Source of the DNA: an uncultured Gemmatimonadales bacterium
GTDB lineage: Bacteria > Gemmatimonadota > Gemmatimonadetes > Gemmatimonadales > GWC2-71-9
Length of the DNA: 64,000 nt
NCBI GenBank assembly: GCA_963779755.1
Contig: CAVZZO010000003.1
Span: 160,001-224,000, forward strand
Reading direction: 5' to 3'
Part shown: one piece after another, positions 41,499-51,757 of the stretch
Numbering within the stretch: the stretch's first letter is position 1
Layout: each line of letters starts with the position of its first letter
The notes under the pieces: generated by a model
What the model was told of the DNA's origin: nothing
Databases searched by the model: none
What the model saw: the letters and a program-made list of their open reading frames with translations, nothing else
Translations under genes and position numbers: made by a program

Positions 41499-43136
41499 TT
41501 ACATCCGGTCTGGGGCGGTGATGCCGAGGAGGCGGAGGCCGTTGCCGACCACCTGCCGGGCGGCGCGGGCCAGGGTGAGCCGGGCGGCTTCCGTCGCGGG
41601 GGCCTCCCCCAGCACACGGCAGCGATGATACCAGGCGTGGGCCAGCCGGGCGAGCTCTTCCAGGTACCCGGTGATGCGGTGCGGCTCCCGGTCGCGGGCG
41701 GCGCCGGCGACGATCTCGGGGAACGTGAGGAGCTTCTTCAGCAGGTCGGTGTCTTCCGGCGCCGGCAGCGCGGCGAGATCGATGTCGGCCCCGGCCGATG
41801 CCGGCTCCCGGCCGGCGGTGCGGAAGATGCCGCTCATCCGGGCGTGCGCCATCTGCACGTAGAAGACGGGGTTTTCGTCGGTCTGGCTCTTGGCCAGATC
41901 GACATCGAACACCATCTGGGAGTCGCCGCGGCGCATGAGAAAGAAATAGCGTGCGGCATCCACGCCGACTTCCTCGAACAGGTCGCGCAGGGTGACGAAC
42001 TCGCCGGAGCGCTTGGACATCTTCACCTCTTCCCCGCCCCGGACCACTTTCACCAGCTGCACCACCTTCACATCGAAGAAGGCCGGCGGATAGCCCAGCG
42101 CCGCGAGGATGCTCCGCATCCGCGGGATATAGCCGTGATGATCCGCGCCCCACACGTCGATCACCCGGGCGAAGCCGCGATCGTGCTTGTCGACGTGATA
42201 CGCGATATCGGGCACGAAGTAGGTGTACGTCCCGTCGCTCTTGCGCAGGACCCGGTCCTTTTCGTCGCCGAAGTCGCTGGTGCGGAGCCAGAGCGCGCCC
42301 TCGCGCTCGTAGGTGAGCCCGCGCTGGGCCAGGAGCGCCAGGGTGGCCTCCACCCGCCCCGCCTGGTAGAGCGCGGCTTCGGAGGTGTACACCGCCATAT
42401 GCACGCCGAAGGTCCGGAGATCGTCGTCCTGCTCCGCCCGCATGGCCTCGACGCCCAGCACCCGGCAGCGCGCCAGGCCTTCGGGCTCGGGGAGGTCGGC
42501 GAAGCCCGCTCCCTCGCGCGCGAGAATCTGCCGGGCGGTCTCCCGGAGGTACTCTCCGTGATAGCCGCCCTCCGGCACCCCGCCGGGGCGACCGGCCGCT
42601 TCCTGCACCCGGGCCCAGAGGCTCTGGGCCAGCTTGTCGATCTGGACGCCGGCATCGTTGACGTAGAATTCGCGCGCCACCGCATGGCCGGTCCACTCGA
42701 GCAGGGCGGCGAGGGCATCCCCCAGCGCGGCCCCGCGCCCGTGGCCCACGTGCAGCGGCCCGGTGGGGTTGGCCGAGACAAATTCGACGTTGACCCGTTC
42801 GCCGGCGCCGCTGGCGCTTCGGCCATAGGCGTCACCCTGGTCCAGGATGCGGCGCAACTCGACCAGGAGCTGATCTTCCGCCAGCCAGAAGTTGATGAAC
42901 CCGGGGCCGGCGATTTCGGTCCGCGCCACGAACCCGGGCGGGAGCCGCAGCGATGCGACCACCCGCTCGGCCAGCTCGCGCGGGCGGGTCCGCAGCCGGC
43001 GCGCCAGGACCATGGCGAGATTAGTGGCCAGGTCGCCGTGCCCCGCGTCGCGGGGCCGCTCGAGGATGAACTCCTCGCCGTCGCCGCCCAGCTCCCGGGA
43101 AACCCGGGCCAGCTCGTCGCGCAGGCGCTGGTTCAC
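41499..43136 (-). CDS. argS: Arginine--tRNA ligase
   Basis: AGPGFINF, EFVSANPTGPLHVGH, GADHHGY, KMSKRSG, NPVFYVQMAHAR. Confidence 0.97.
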   Translation of the reverse strand: MNQRLRDELARVSRELGGDGEEFILERPRDAGHGDLATNLAMVLARRLRTRPRELAERVVASLRLPPGFVARTEIAGPGFINFWLAEDQLLVELRRILDQGDAYGRSASGAGERVNVEFVSANPTGPLHVGHGRGAALGDALAALLEWTGHAVAREFYVNDAGVQIDKLAQSLWARVQEAAGRPGGVPEGGYHGEYLRETARQILAREGAGFADLPEPEGLARCRVLGVEAMRAEQDDDLRTFGVHMAVYTSEAALYQAGRVEATLALLAQRGLTYEREGALWLRTSDFGDEKDRVLRKSDGTYTYFVPDIAYHVDKHDRGFARVIDVWGADHHGYIPRMRSILAALGYPPAFFDVKVVQLVKVVRGGEEVKMSKRSGEFVTLRDLFEEVGVDAARYFFLMRRGDSQMVFDVDLAKSQTDENPVFYVQMAHARMSGIFRTAGREPASAGADIDLAALPAPEDTDLLKKLLTFPEIVAGAARDREPHRITGYLEELARLAHAWYHRCRVLGEAPATEAARLTLARAARQVVGNGLRLLGITAPDRM

Positions 43137-43432
43137 TCGGCCTTCTTCGGCTGGGCGCCGCCGGCCGGCTTCTCCGGGGCTTTCTTCTCGTCGGCCTTGG
43201 CCGGCTTGTCGGCGGGCTTGTCTCCCTCGGCCGCCTTGCGCGGCCCTTTGCCGTCCTTACCGTAGTCGGTGATGTAAAACCCGCTGCCCTTGAACACGAG
43301 CCCGGCCCCGCCCGAAATCCGGCGCGTGGCCATCCGGCCGCACACCGGGCATTTCACCCGCGGGCGGTCGGTCATTTTCTGGAACTTCTCGAAGGTATGG
43401 CCCGTCGGGCACTCGTATTCGTAGGTCGGCAT
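43133..43432 (-). CDS. FmdB family zinc-ribbon protein
   Basis: MPTYEYEC..GH.FE..Q, CPVCG, FKGSGFYITDY. Confidence 0.92.
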   Translation of the reverse strand: MPTYEYECPTGHTFEKFQKMTDRPRVKCPVCGRMATRRISGGAGLVFKGSGFYITDYGKDGKGPRKAAEGDKPADKPAKADEKKAPEKPAGGAQPKKAE

Positions 43433-43526
43433 GGACCCTCGAAGGTAAATGAAACCAGCCCAAAAACTTAAGCGGTGCACACGCCGGTGTTCAAGCACGC
43501 GGCGCCTGGCGCCCTCAGGGGGAAAG

Positions 43527-44249
43527 ATGCGACGAATACCCGTGCTGTTCCTGGTCGCTCTGCTGCTGCCCGCCGCCGCCCAGGCGCAATTGCGGGAAGT
43601 ACCCGATTCCACCGCGCTGCGGCCGGTACGGGCTACCGTCGGGGGATCGCTCCAGCTGGCCCTCCCGGAAGGCGAATTTGCCGACTTCGTGGGGAACGGC
43701 TTCGGACTGGGGGCGTTCTTCGCCATTCACCTGGGCCGCGGCGAGCGCGCGGCTCTGCGATTCGACGGCTCGTTCCTGCAGTACGGCCACGAGCGGGTGC
43801 AGCGGCCGCTCAGCCCCACCGTTCCGCAGGTCACGGTCGACGTCACCACCAGCAACAACATCTACTCGTTCTCCGCCGGCCCGGAGATCAACCTCGCGAC
43901 CGGTGCGCTCCGCCCCTACGTCCGCGGCGAGATCGGGGTGTCCTACTTCGCGACGACCTCGAGCGTGAAGGGCACCAGCAACAGCCAGGACTTCGCCAGT
44001 TCGACCAACTTCGACGATTTCACCTTCGTCTGGCTCGCGGGTGCGGGGTTGCGTATCCGGCTGGCCGGAGGACGCACACCGGTCTATCTCGACCTGGCGG
44101 GTGACTACATGCACAACGGGCGGGTCCAGTACCTGCGCGAGGGCAGCATCAAGGACAACGGCAACGGCACCATTACCATCACGCCGATCGAAAGCCAGAC
44201 CAACCTCTTCCTGCTGCGCGCCGGCGCCACCGTGGGCCTGCGCTGGTAG
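43527..44249 (+). CDS. Small outer-membrane beta-barrel protein
   Basis: Signal peptide AQA-Q, amphipathic strands (LRPYV), terminal aromatic residue W. Confidence 0.7.
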   Translation: MRRIPVLFLVALLLPAAAQAQLREVPDSTALRPVRATVGGSLQLALPEGEFADFVGNGFGLGAFFAIHLGRGERAALRFDGSFLQYGHERVQRPLSPTVPQVTVDVTTSNNIYSFSAGPEINLATGALRPYVRGEIGVSYFATTSSVKGTSNSQDFASSTNFDDFTFVWLAGAGLRIRLAGGRTPVYLDLAGDYMHNGRVQYLREGSIKDNGNGTITITPIESQTNLFLLRAGATVGLRW

Positions 44250-44252
44250 GAT

Positions 44253-45800
44253 TCAGCGGTAGGTCCCCCACACCGCGCGGAGGGCGTCGCTGATCTCGCC
44301 CAGGGTGGCGCGGACGCGCACGGCCTCGAGCACCAGGGGCATCAGGGCCCCACCATCCCGGGCCGCCTCGCCCAGGGATTGCAGCATTCGCTGCACCGCC
44401 GCCCCATCCCGCTGTTTCCGGGCCTGAGCCAGGCGCTCCCGCTGCCGCCGGGCCAGGGCGGTAAAATCGGGCAGGTCCATCTCGGGCGGGGGCGCGGGCT
44501 CGGTGAAGCGGTTCACGCCCACCACCACCGCGTCGCCCCGTTCCTGCGCCTGCTGCAGCTCCCAGGCGCTCCGCGCAATAGCCTCCTGGAAATAGCCCCG
44601 CTCCACTGCCGCCACGGCTCCACCCAGTGCGTCCACCTCGTCGATCAGGGCTCGCGCATCCTGCTCGATGCGATCGGTCAGTGCCTCGACGTAATAGCTT
44701 CCCGCCAGCGGATCGACCGTCCGGTTCATGCCGCTCTCGTACGCCAGAATCTGCTGAGTGCGCAGCGCCAGGGTGGCGGCCTCCTCGGAGGGCAGGGCGA
44801 GGGCCTCGTCATAGCCGTTGGTGTGCAGCGACTGGGTACCGCCCAGCACGGCGGAGAGCCCCTGCACGGCGACGCGCACGATGTTGTTGAGGGGTTGCTG
44901 CGCCTGCAGGGTGACGCCGCCGGTCTGCGTGTGGAACCGGAGACGGGCGGTGCGATCGTCGCCCTGGAAGCGCTCGCGCACCAGCCGGGCCCAGAGCCGG
45001 CGCGCCGCGCGAAACTTCGCTGTTTCTTCGAACAGGTCGTTGTGGGCGGCAAAGAAAAACGAGAGCCGCGGGCCGAATACCTCCAGCGCGATCCCGGCAT
45101 CGAGTCCGTGCCGCACGTAGGCCAGCGCGTTCGACAGCGTGAACCCTACTTCCTGAGCGGCGGTGGCCCCCGCCTCCCGCATGTGGTAGCCGCTGATGGA
45201 AATGGGGTTGAAGCTCATGCCCTCGTCCGCCACGAACCGCATGACCTCGGTGGTCAGGCGGAGGCTGGGCTGGGGCGGGTAAATGTAGGTGCCTCGGGCG
45301 ATGTACTCCTTGAGAATGTCGTTCTGCACCGTGCCCGTGAGCCGCCCGCGCTCCACGCCCTGTTCCTCGCCCACCACGACGTACATGGCCAGGAGGATGG
45401 CCGCCGTGGCGTTGATGGTCATGGACGTGGAGACCTCGCCCAGCGGTATCGCGCGGAACAGCACCGCCAGGTCGTCCACCGTGTCGATCGCGACCCCCAC
45501 CCGGCCCACTTCCCCTTCGGCCATGGGGTGGTCGGAGTCGTAGCCCATCTGGGTGGGGAGGTCGAACGCGGTGGAGAGGCCGGACTGGCCGGCTTCCAGC
45601 AGCCGCCGGAAGCGCTGGTTGGTTTCTTCGGCCGTCCCGAACCCGGCATACTGCCGCATGGTCCAGAGGCGGCTGGTGTACATGGTGGGATACACGCCGC
45701 GGGTATAGGGAAACTGCCCCGGCCGGGCCAGGTCCCGGGCCGGCTCACCGGCCCAGTCGCCGGGCCCGTACACCGTCTTGCGGTCGTCGTTTCCGGCCAT
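44253..45800 (-). CDS. Methylmalonyl-CoA mutase family, substrate-binding subunit (no B12-binding domain)
   Basis: [19 protein letters not shown] (Tyr type), [32 protein letters not shown]. Confidence 0.93.
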   Translation of the reverse strand: MAGNDDRKTVYGPGDWAGEPARDLARPGQFPYTRGVYPTMYTSRLWTMRQYAGFGTAEETNQRFRRLLEAGQSGLSTAFDLPTQMGYDSDHPMAEGEVGRVGVAIDTVDDLAVLFRAIPLGEVSTSMTINATAAILLAMYVVVGEEQGVERGRLTGTVQNDILKEYIARGTYIYPPQPSLRLTTEVMRFVADEGMSFNPISISGYHMREAGATAAQEVGFTLSNALAYVRHGLDAGIALEVFGPRLSFFFAAHNDLFEETAKFRAARRLWARLVRERFQGDDRTARLRFHTQTGGVTLQAQQPLNNIVRVAVQGLSAVLGGTQSLHTNGYDEALALPSEEAATLALRTQQILAYESGMNRTVDPLAGSYYVEALTDRIEQDARALIDEVDALGGAVAAVERGYFQEAIARSAWELQQAQERGDAVVVGVNRFTEPAPPPEMDLPDFTALARRQRERLAQARKQRDGAAVQRMLQSLGEAARDGGALMPLVLEAVRVRATLGEISDALRAVWGTYR

Positions 45801-45804
45801 GGCC

Positions 45805-46866
45805 TCAGGCGCCCCGGTCGCTCACCCGCGCGAAGTGCGGATTCTCGCCCCGCTCATCCACTTGCCGCAGGATATCGCTGACGTATTCGACATCCTTCCT
45901 GGCACCCACCACCAGCGGGGTTCGCTGGTGCAGCTCGCCGGGCTGGATCTCCAGGATCCGCTCGTACCCGTTGGTGGCGGCGCCCCCCGCCTGCTCGGCC
46001 ACGAACGCCATGGGCGAGGCCTCATACAGCAGGCGCAGCTTGCCGTTGGGACTCTTGGTATCGGCCGGGTAGAGGAAGATCCCGCCGGAGATCAGGTTGC
46101 GGTGGAAGTCGGCCACCAGTGAGCCGATGTAGCGGCTGTTCTTCGCCTTGATGCGTTCGGGGATTTCGCCGTGGAAGCCGCGCACCGCCGCCTGCACCCC
46201 GCGGCCCCAGCGGGCGAAGTTGCTCTCGTTGATGCTGTAGTACTTCCCCACCTCCGGCGTCTGAATGAGGGGGTGCGAGAGCAGGAACTCGCCGATGGAA
46301 GGGTCCAGGGTGAAACCGTGCACGCCCTGCCCGGTGGTGTAGACCAGCATGGTGCTGGATCCGTACATCACGTAGCCCGCCGCCACCTGCCGCACGCCGG
46401 GCTGCAGCAGATCTTCCAGGCCGCCCCGCCCTTCCAGCGACACGCGGCGGTAGATGCTGAAAATCGTCCCCACCGCGGCGTTGACGTCGATGTTACTGGA
46501 GCCGTCGAGCGGATCGTACAGCACCACGTACTTGCCCGCCGGATAGTCCGGCGGAATGGGAATGGGGCCCTCGTCTTCTTCCGAGGCCATCATGCAGACG
46601 CGACCGGTGTGGTTGAACGTGTCCTTGATGGCCTGGTTGGCGTAGAGGTCGAGCTTTTGCTGCTCCTCGCCCTGGACGTTGACCGCCTCAGCCGACCCCA
46701 GGATGTTCACCAGGCCGGCGCGGCGGATGGCGGCGGAGATGAGCTTGGCCGCGAAGGCAATATCGTAGAGCAGGTTGGACAGCTCGCCCGTGGCCTCGGG
46801 GTACTGCCGCTCCTGCTCGACGATGAAGCGCTCGATCGTGGTCGTGGTGGACGAAGTCGAGTACAC
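45805..46866 (-). CDS. fbp: Class 1 fructose-1,6-bisphosphatase
   Basis: [42 protein letters not shown]. Confidence 0.96.
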   Translation of the reverse strand: MYSTSSTTTTIERFIVEQERQYPEATGELSNLLYDIAFAAKLISAAIRRAGLVNILGSAEAVNVQGEEQQKLDLYANQAIKDTFNHTGRVCMMASEEDEGPIPIPPDYPAGKYVVLYDPLDGSSNIDVNAAVGTIFSIYRRVSLEGRGGLEDLLQPGVRQVAAGYVMYGSSTMLVYTTGQGVHGFTLDPSIGEFLLSHPLIQTPEVGKYYSINESNFARWGRGVQAAVRGFHGEIPERIKAKNSRYIGSLVADFHRNLISGGIFLYPADTKSPNGKLRLLYEASPMAFVAEQAGGAATNGYERILEIQPGELHQRTPLVVGARKDVEYVSDILRQVDERGENPHFARVSDRGA

Positions 46867-46890
46867 AAGCGCTCCACAGGATGGGGTGGC

Positions 46891-49134
46891 TCAGGGCCGC
46901 ACGTCGAGCTCCAGGCTGCCGCGCCGGCCGTCGATGGTCATCGTCTGTCCGTCGGTCCGCACCGTCACCGGGCCGTCGCGATCGGTCCGCCAGACCGGAA
47001 TGTGCCGTGCCGCCAGCCGGCCCAGGGTGGCCGGAGCGGGATGCCCGTACCGGTTGGGACCCAGGCTGATCACCGCCGCGCGGGGCTGCAGCTCGTCCAG
47101 CCAAGCGTCGCCGGTCGCGGTGCGGGAGCCGTGGTGCCCCACCTTGAGCAGGTCCACCCTTCCCACCCGGCCGTGCAGCCACGCCTCCGCCCGTAATCCG
47201 GCGTCGCCCGCCAGCACGGCGGAGAAGGCGCCGAAGCGAACCAGCAGCACCACCGAGTCTTCGTTGAGGTCGTCGCCCCACTCGGCCCAGGTGGTATCGG
47301 GATGCAGCAGCTGGAACGAGACGCCGTCCAGGGCAAAGTGATCGCCCGCCCGGCCCGGATGCCAGGGGATCCCTTCGGCCGTCACCTGGCGCAGAAACTC
47401 CAGGTACAGCGGATCGCCGGTGATATCGGCCGATTCCACGACCACGTCGGCGGGGATCCGGTCCAGCACGGCCGGCACACCCCCCAGGTGATCGGCATGG
47501 GGATGGGAAACCACCACCACCGAGAGGCGGCGCACCCCCTGCCGGACCAGGAACGGCGCGACGATCGACCGCCCGGCATCGGTGTCGTCGGTGCGCGGCC
47601 CCGCATCCACCAGCACCCAGTGGCCGGCGGGGGTCCGCAGCGCCGCCGCATCCCCCTGGCCGACCCGCAGAAAATGTAACGTCAGGCCGGAACCGCCGTC
47701 AGGCCGCGCCGGGATCAGGGCGAGAACGACGCCGGCCCAGGCCGCGGCCGCCGACAGCCGGACCCAGTGCTGCAGCACCGCCCGCCCGGGCAGGCCGCGG
47801 CCCACGCTCCAGAGCGCAAAGGCCAGCAGCAGGAGCCAGGGCACGGCCGCTCCCGGGCCGGTACCCTGCACCACATGGCCCCCGGGAAGCCGGGAGCCGG
47901 CATACGCCAGCGCCTCCAGCAGGTTGAGCAGGAGTCCCGATCCCGCGGCCAGCGCGCGGGCCGGCGGACCCACGACTGGCGCCATGAGCAGACTGGCGAA
48001 CACGCCCGGCACGGCCACCGCGCTCAGGGGAATCGCCACCAGGTTGAGCAGGATCCCGATGGGCGCCACCAGACCGAACGCGCCCGCGGTGATCGGCGCC
48101 GTGGCCAGGGTTGCGCCGGTCGAGACCGCCAGCACCCGCCCCAGCGTGGACCGGGGCAGCGCCTGCTCGCTCCACCGGCCGAAATGAGTGGTTCCCCAGA
48201 CGGCCGCCGCCGACAGCCAGGTGCCGGCCGAAAACACGGCGTACGGATCCACCAGAAGCACACCCAGGCAGGCGATCCCCAGAAGCGCTCCCGGCCGCAC
48301 GGCGCGCTGGCGCCAGCGGCAGAAGACCAGCAGGGCGATGAAACAGGCCGCGCGGGTGGCCGGCGCGGGCCAGCCGAGAAAGGCTGCGTAGCCGATCCCG
48401 GCGAGGGCCGCGGCCAACCGGGCGCGGGCCGGCGCCAGCCCTAGCGCCCGGCCCAGCAGCAACAACCAGCCCGCCAGGATCCCGACATGCAGGCCGGAGA
48501 TACAGAGCAGGTGCGCCAGGCCGGCGGCCGCCCAGGTGTTCCGTAGCTCGCGGTCGAGTCCCTCCCGCTGATTGAGAATGACTGCACCCACCAGCCCGCT
48601 GCGGCTGCCGTAGAGGGTGCGCGCCTCCCGCGCCAGCCGGGCACGCCAGCGGGCCACGGGCGCATGGCCTTCCCCCACCAGGCTGCCGCGCTGCACGCTG
48701 AGAATGCCGCTGCGACGACCCTGGTGCTCCAGGCCGGGAATCCATCGCCCCCGGATGCGCCAGTCCTGCCCCGCGGAGGCCGGCAGTCCGCGCGGCCACC
48801 GGACGCTGATGGCCGACCGGCAAGCCGCCGCGACGGGCCGCGCCTCCAGGGTGGCGCCGGCCGGGCCGGCGTCATCCAGCAGGCGCAGGCGCAGGGCAAT
48901 GCTTCCCGCCGGGAGGCGGGCGGCGCACGATTGCCGTTCGGCATGCCGGGCGAGACTGCCCGCCAGCAGTCCGGCCAGGACCACGGCACCGGCGAGGAAC
49001 GGAATGCGGCAGCGCCATCCCAGCACCAGCGCCAGAGCGGGAAACAGCAGCAGGGGGAGGGAAAAACGCGAAAGGCCGGTCACCAGACCGGCCCCATAGC
49101 AGAGCAGCAGCAGCAATCCTCCGGGAGGCGTCAC
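46891..49134 (-). CDS. comEC: DNA internalization competence protein ComEC/Rec2
   Basis: HLL.ISGLHV competence domain; VGQGDA, SHPHADHLGG, KVGHHGS, NRYGHP metallo-beta-lactamase domain. Confidence 0.93.
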   Translation of the reverse strand: MTPPGGLLLLLCYGAGLVTGLSRFSLPLLLFPALALVLGWRCRIPFLAGAVVLAGLLAGSLARHAERQSCAARLPAGSIALRLRLLDDAGPAGATLEARPVAAACRSAISVRWPRGLPASAGQDWRIRGRWIPGLEHQGRRSGILSVQRGSLVGEGHAPVARWRARLAREARTLYGSRSGLVGAVILNQREGLDRELRNTWAAAGLAHLLCISGLHVGILAGWLLLLGRALGLAPARARLAAALAGIGYAAFLGWPAPATRAACFIALLVFCRWRQRAVRPGALLGIACLGVLLVDPYAVFSAGTWLSAAAVWGTTHFGRWSEQALPRSTLGRVLAVSTGATLATAPITAGAFGLVAPIGILLNLVAIPLSAVAVPGVFASLLMAPVVGPPARALAAGSGLLLNLLEALAYAGSRLPGGHVVQGTGPGAAVPWLLLLAFALWSVGRGLPGRAVLQHWVRLSAAAAWAGVVLALIPARPDGGSGLTLHFLRVGQGDAAALRTPAGHWVLVDAGPRTDDTDAGRSIVAPFLVRQGVRRLSVVVVSHPHADHLGGVPAVLDRIPADVVVESADITGDPLYLEFLRQVTAEGIPWHPGRAGDHFALDGVSFQLLHPDTTWAEWGDDLNEDSVVLLVRFGAFSAVLAGDAGLRAEAWLHGRVGRVDLLKVGHHGSRTATGDAWLDELQPRAAVISLGPNRYGHPAPATLGRLAARHIPVWRTDRDGPVTVRTDGQTMTIDGRRGSLELDVRP

Positions 49135-49147
49135 GCCTCCCTCCGGC

Positions 49148-49429
49148 TCAGCTGCCGGAGGCCTCCCGGCCGCAGCGCGGCGCCAGCGAGATCTTCCGGA
49201 TGCCTTCCATGATGTTGACCTCGATCAGGGCGCGGGTCTGGTCGCGGTCGAGGTTGATCTCGGTGAGTACCGTCCCCTCGCGGCTCGCCACGTAGCGGGC
49301 GGGAATCCGGTTGAGGGCGTATACCAGGACATCGCCGCGGCAGATTTCGCAGCCGCAGAAATCGGGGAACTTGGCCCGCAGGCCTTCGTAGGCCGATAGC
49401 ACGCGCTCTTCGACCAGGTTCTGAATCAT
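49148..49429 (-). CDS. ComFB family protein (late competence development)
   Basis: N..EE.V, CGCEIC..DV..YALNRIPARY, terminal PRC. Confidence 0.85.
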   Translation of the reverse strand: MIQNLVEERVLSAYEGLRAKFPDFCGCEICRGDVLVYALNRIPARYVASREGTVLTEINLDRDQTRALIEVNIMEGIRKISLAPRCGREASGS

Positions 49430-50736
49430 AGGACCGCCAATGCGGGACGGGCCACGCGCGCGGTAAAGGTTGCGCCCGTGGTCCCGGTAAGGACCACGGG
49501 ATGATACTCGCCGATGGCCGAGGCGGGAAGATCCACCAGCGCCACCAGATTGCCGCGGCTGCGGGCGAGCAGGAGATCGCCCCGGCGGGCGGGCCGCTCC
49601 ACCAGTACCTCGACCGTCTGCCCCACGCGCGCCAGGTTCTTGCGTGCGGCGCGCTGCCGCACCCTCGCAATGAGCCGCTCCAGCCGCTCCGCGGCGGTCT
49701 CGTCGGGCACCCGGTCCGGAAGCCGGACCGCGGGTGTGCCGTCGCGCACGGAGTAGCGGAAGGTGTAGGCGTCGTCAAAATCGGCGGCATCGACCAGGCT
49801 CAGTGTCTCGGCGAACTGCTCGTCCGTCTCGCCCGGGAACCCGACGATGAGATCGGTCGAGACGGTAAGACCGGGAATCGCGGCCCGCAGGCGGCCCAGG
49901 ACCTCGAGATAGGCCTCCCGGGTGTAGCGGCGCAGCATGCGCCGGAGCACGGGGTTGGAACCGCTCTGCGCCGGCAGATGCACGTGCTCGCAGACCGCGG
50001 GCGTGGTTGCCATCGCCTCCACCACCCGGTCGGTGAAATCCGTGGGGTAGGGACTGGTAAACCGCAACCGGCGGATACCGTCGACCGCGCCCACGGCCCG
50101 CAGCAGGTCGGCGAAGTCGTGATCGCCGTCCTGATAGCTGTTGACCGTCTGGCCCAGGAGGGTCACCTCGGACACGCCCTCTGCCGCCAGCCCCCGGACC
50201 TCTTGTACCACGTCGTTCATCCTACGGCTGCGCTCCGGGCCGCGCGTGTACGGAACAATGCAGAAGGTGCACTTGTAATCGCAGCCCCGCTGGACGGTGA
50301 CGAACGCCGTCGCCGCCGAATCGCGCACGGGAGGGACATCCTCGTAGTGCTCCCAGCTGCGGAATTCGGTGTCGGCCGTGCGGCTGCCGCTCCGGGCCAG
50401 GCCGATGAGCTGCGGCAGGTTGCGGTAGGCGTCCGGGCCCGCCACCAGATCCACCCGCGGCGACTGCGCCAGCAGGGCCGGCCCCAGCCGCTGCGCCATG
50501 CACCCCACCACACCGATGACATCGCCCGGGCGGCGGTGGCGCTGCAGTTCGCCCACCCGGCCGGCGACCCGTTGTTCGGCGTTGTCCCGGACCGCGCAGG
50601 TATTCACCAGGATGACGTCGGCCCCTTCGGGGCTGTCACAGCTCTGGTACCCCTCGCGGGCCAGAATGCCGAGCATGAGCTCGGTATCCGCCACGTTCAT
50701 CTGGCAGCCGTAGGTTTCGATGTAGACGCGAGGCAT
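49426..50736 (-). CDS. miaB: tRNA methylthiotransferase MiaB
   Basis: TYGCQMN, NTCAVR..AE, GCDYKCTFCIVPYTRG, GQTVNSY, TDLIVGFPGET, TRAM domain. Confidence 0.95.
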   Translation of the reverse strand: MPRVYIETYGCQMNVADTELMLGILAREGYQSCDSPEGADVILVNTCAVRDNAEQRVAGRVGELQRHRRPGDVIGVVGCMAQRLGPALLAQSPRVDLVAGPDAYRNLPQLIGLARSGSRTADTEFRSWEHYEDVPPVRDSAATAFVTVQRGCDYKCTFCIVPYTRGPERSRRMNDVVQEVRGLAAEGVSEVTLLGQTVNSYQDGDHDFADLLRAVGAVDGIRRLRFTSPYPTDFTDRVVEAMATTPAVCEHVHLPAQSGSNPVLRRMLRRYTREAYLEVLGRLRAAIPGLTVSTDLIVGFPGETDEQFAETLSLVDAADFDDAYTFRYSVRDGTPAVRLPDRVPDETAAERLERLIARVRQRAARKNLARVGQTVEVLVERPARRGDLLLARSRGNLVALVDLPASAIGEYHPVVLTGTTGATFTARVARPALAVL

Positions 50737-50748
50737 GGGAGGGAAGAT

Positions 50749-50818
50749 GGCGGTAAGGGCGGTGTGGGCGGTAGGGGCGGTAAATCACTGACCGCCCTGC
50801 CGCGGTACCGCCTTACCG
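50749..50818. repeat. Inverted pair of 8-9-nt tandem repeats (GGCGGTARG / TACCGCC-like); one arm lies inside the cytochrome 3' end
   Basis: ggcggtaag ggcggtgtg ggcggtagg ggcggtaaa ... gaccgccc tgccgcgg taccgcct taccg. Confidence 0.75.
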
Positions 50819-51672
50819 GCCTCCTGAGCCGCCTTCGTGGGGTACGCCACGTCCGGCGGCGGGTCGCCGTTGGGCCAGTCGAGCTCCTTGCCCGGGAGAT
50901 CGGGCCGGGGCTGGAGCGTCACGTACCGGGCGACGTCGAACGCCTGCTGGTCGGTCAGGCTGCCGGGCTGGTCGAACGGCATGTTGTGCCGGATGAACGC
51001 CGCCGCCGTGCGGACCCGCGCCATGCCCGCCCCGATGTTGAAGCTCTCCGGCCCCCAGAGCGGCGGCGCGACGGTAGTTCCCTGGCCCCCGGGCCCATGA
51101 CAGCGCGCGCAGACGCTGTCGAAAATGGCATGTCCCACCGCGCTGTCGCCGGTGGTGACGCTCACCTTCGCCAGTCCCTGCCCCGGCAGCTCGGCGCCGA
51201 CGGGGATGCCCCGGGAAAGCCAGGCCAGGTACGCGACGATGTCGCGCATGTCATTTCCATCCGCCTCCAGCGGTGTCCCGTTCATGCTCCGCCGGAAGCA
51301 GCCGTTGACCCGGTCTTCGATGGTGATGACCCGCGCCGCCCGGCTGCGATACTGGGGGAACTGGCCGTACACCCCGACCCAGGGGATGGCCCCGGGCTTG
51401 CGGCCGTCGTCGGGATGGCAGCTGATGCAGGCCAGCCTGTTTCCCACATGCTGCGGCAGGCTGTCGCGCGTGTTGCGCAGGAGCGCCAGCCCGCGCCGGA
51501 CGGAGTGTCCCAGCGGATCGTCCGGAATGGCGCTGTCGGAGGGGAGGCGGCGATAGGCCGCGAGGGAATCGACGGTCGAATCAGGTGCGGCGGTCCGGGA
51601 CGCCCGCGGCGACTCGCAGCCTGCGACCGCGGCGCCCAGCAGAAAACAGGCAAGAGGAAGGTGAGACTTCAT
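50785..51672 (-). CDS. tsdA: Diheme cytochrome c lipoprotein, thiosulfate dehydrogenase (TsdA) type
   Basis: CISCH and CARCH; RVNGCFRRSMNG carrying the active-site Cys; PPLWG.ESFN.GAGM; NMP; lipobox VAGC. Confidence 0.8.
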   Translation of the reverse strand: MKSHLPLACFLLGAAVAGCESPRASRTAAPDSTVDSLAAYRRLPSDSAIPDDPLGHSVRRGLALLRNTRDSLPQHVGNRLACISCHPDDGRKPGAIPWVGVYGQFPQYRSRAARVITIEDRVNGCFRRSMNGTPLEADGNDMRDIVAYLAWLSRGIPVGAELPGQGLAKVSVTTGDSAVGHAIFDSVCARCHGPGGQGTTVAPPLWGPESFNIGAGMARVRTAAAFIRHNMPFDQPGSLTDQQAFDVARYVTLQPRPDLPGKELDWPNGDPPPDVAYPTKAAQEAGKAVPRQGGQ

Positions 51673-51711
51673 CAACTGAATCCTGGCGGACGGGAATTCC
51701 AAGCTATGAAT

Positions 51712-51756
51712 GGCGGACGGGATGGACAAGGCGGCTCTGCCCACTCTGCCCATTCT
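51712..51756. repeat. Degenerate 9-nt repeat array (CTGCCCAYT), same family as 1193-1256
   Basis: ggcggacgg gatggacaa ... ctctgccca ctctgccca ttct. Confidence 0.55.
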
Positions 51757-51757
51757 T

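Noticed and set aside
44253..45800. Isobutyryl-CoA mutase or a truncated mutase pseudogene
   Set aside because: RQYAG carries the Tyr of methylmalonyl-CoA-type enzymes, and split mutases with a separate B12-binding subunit are common.
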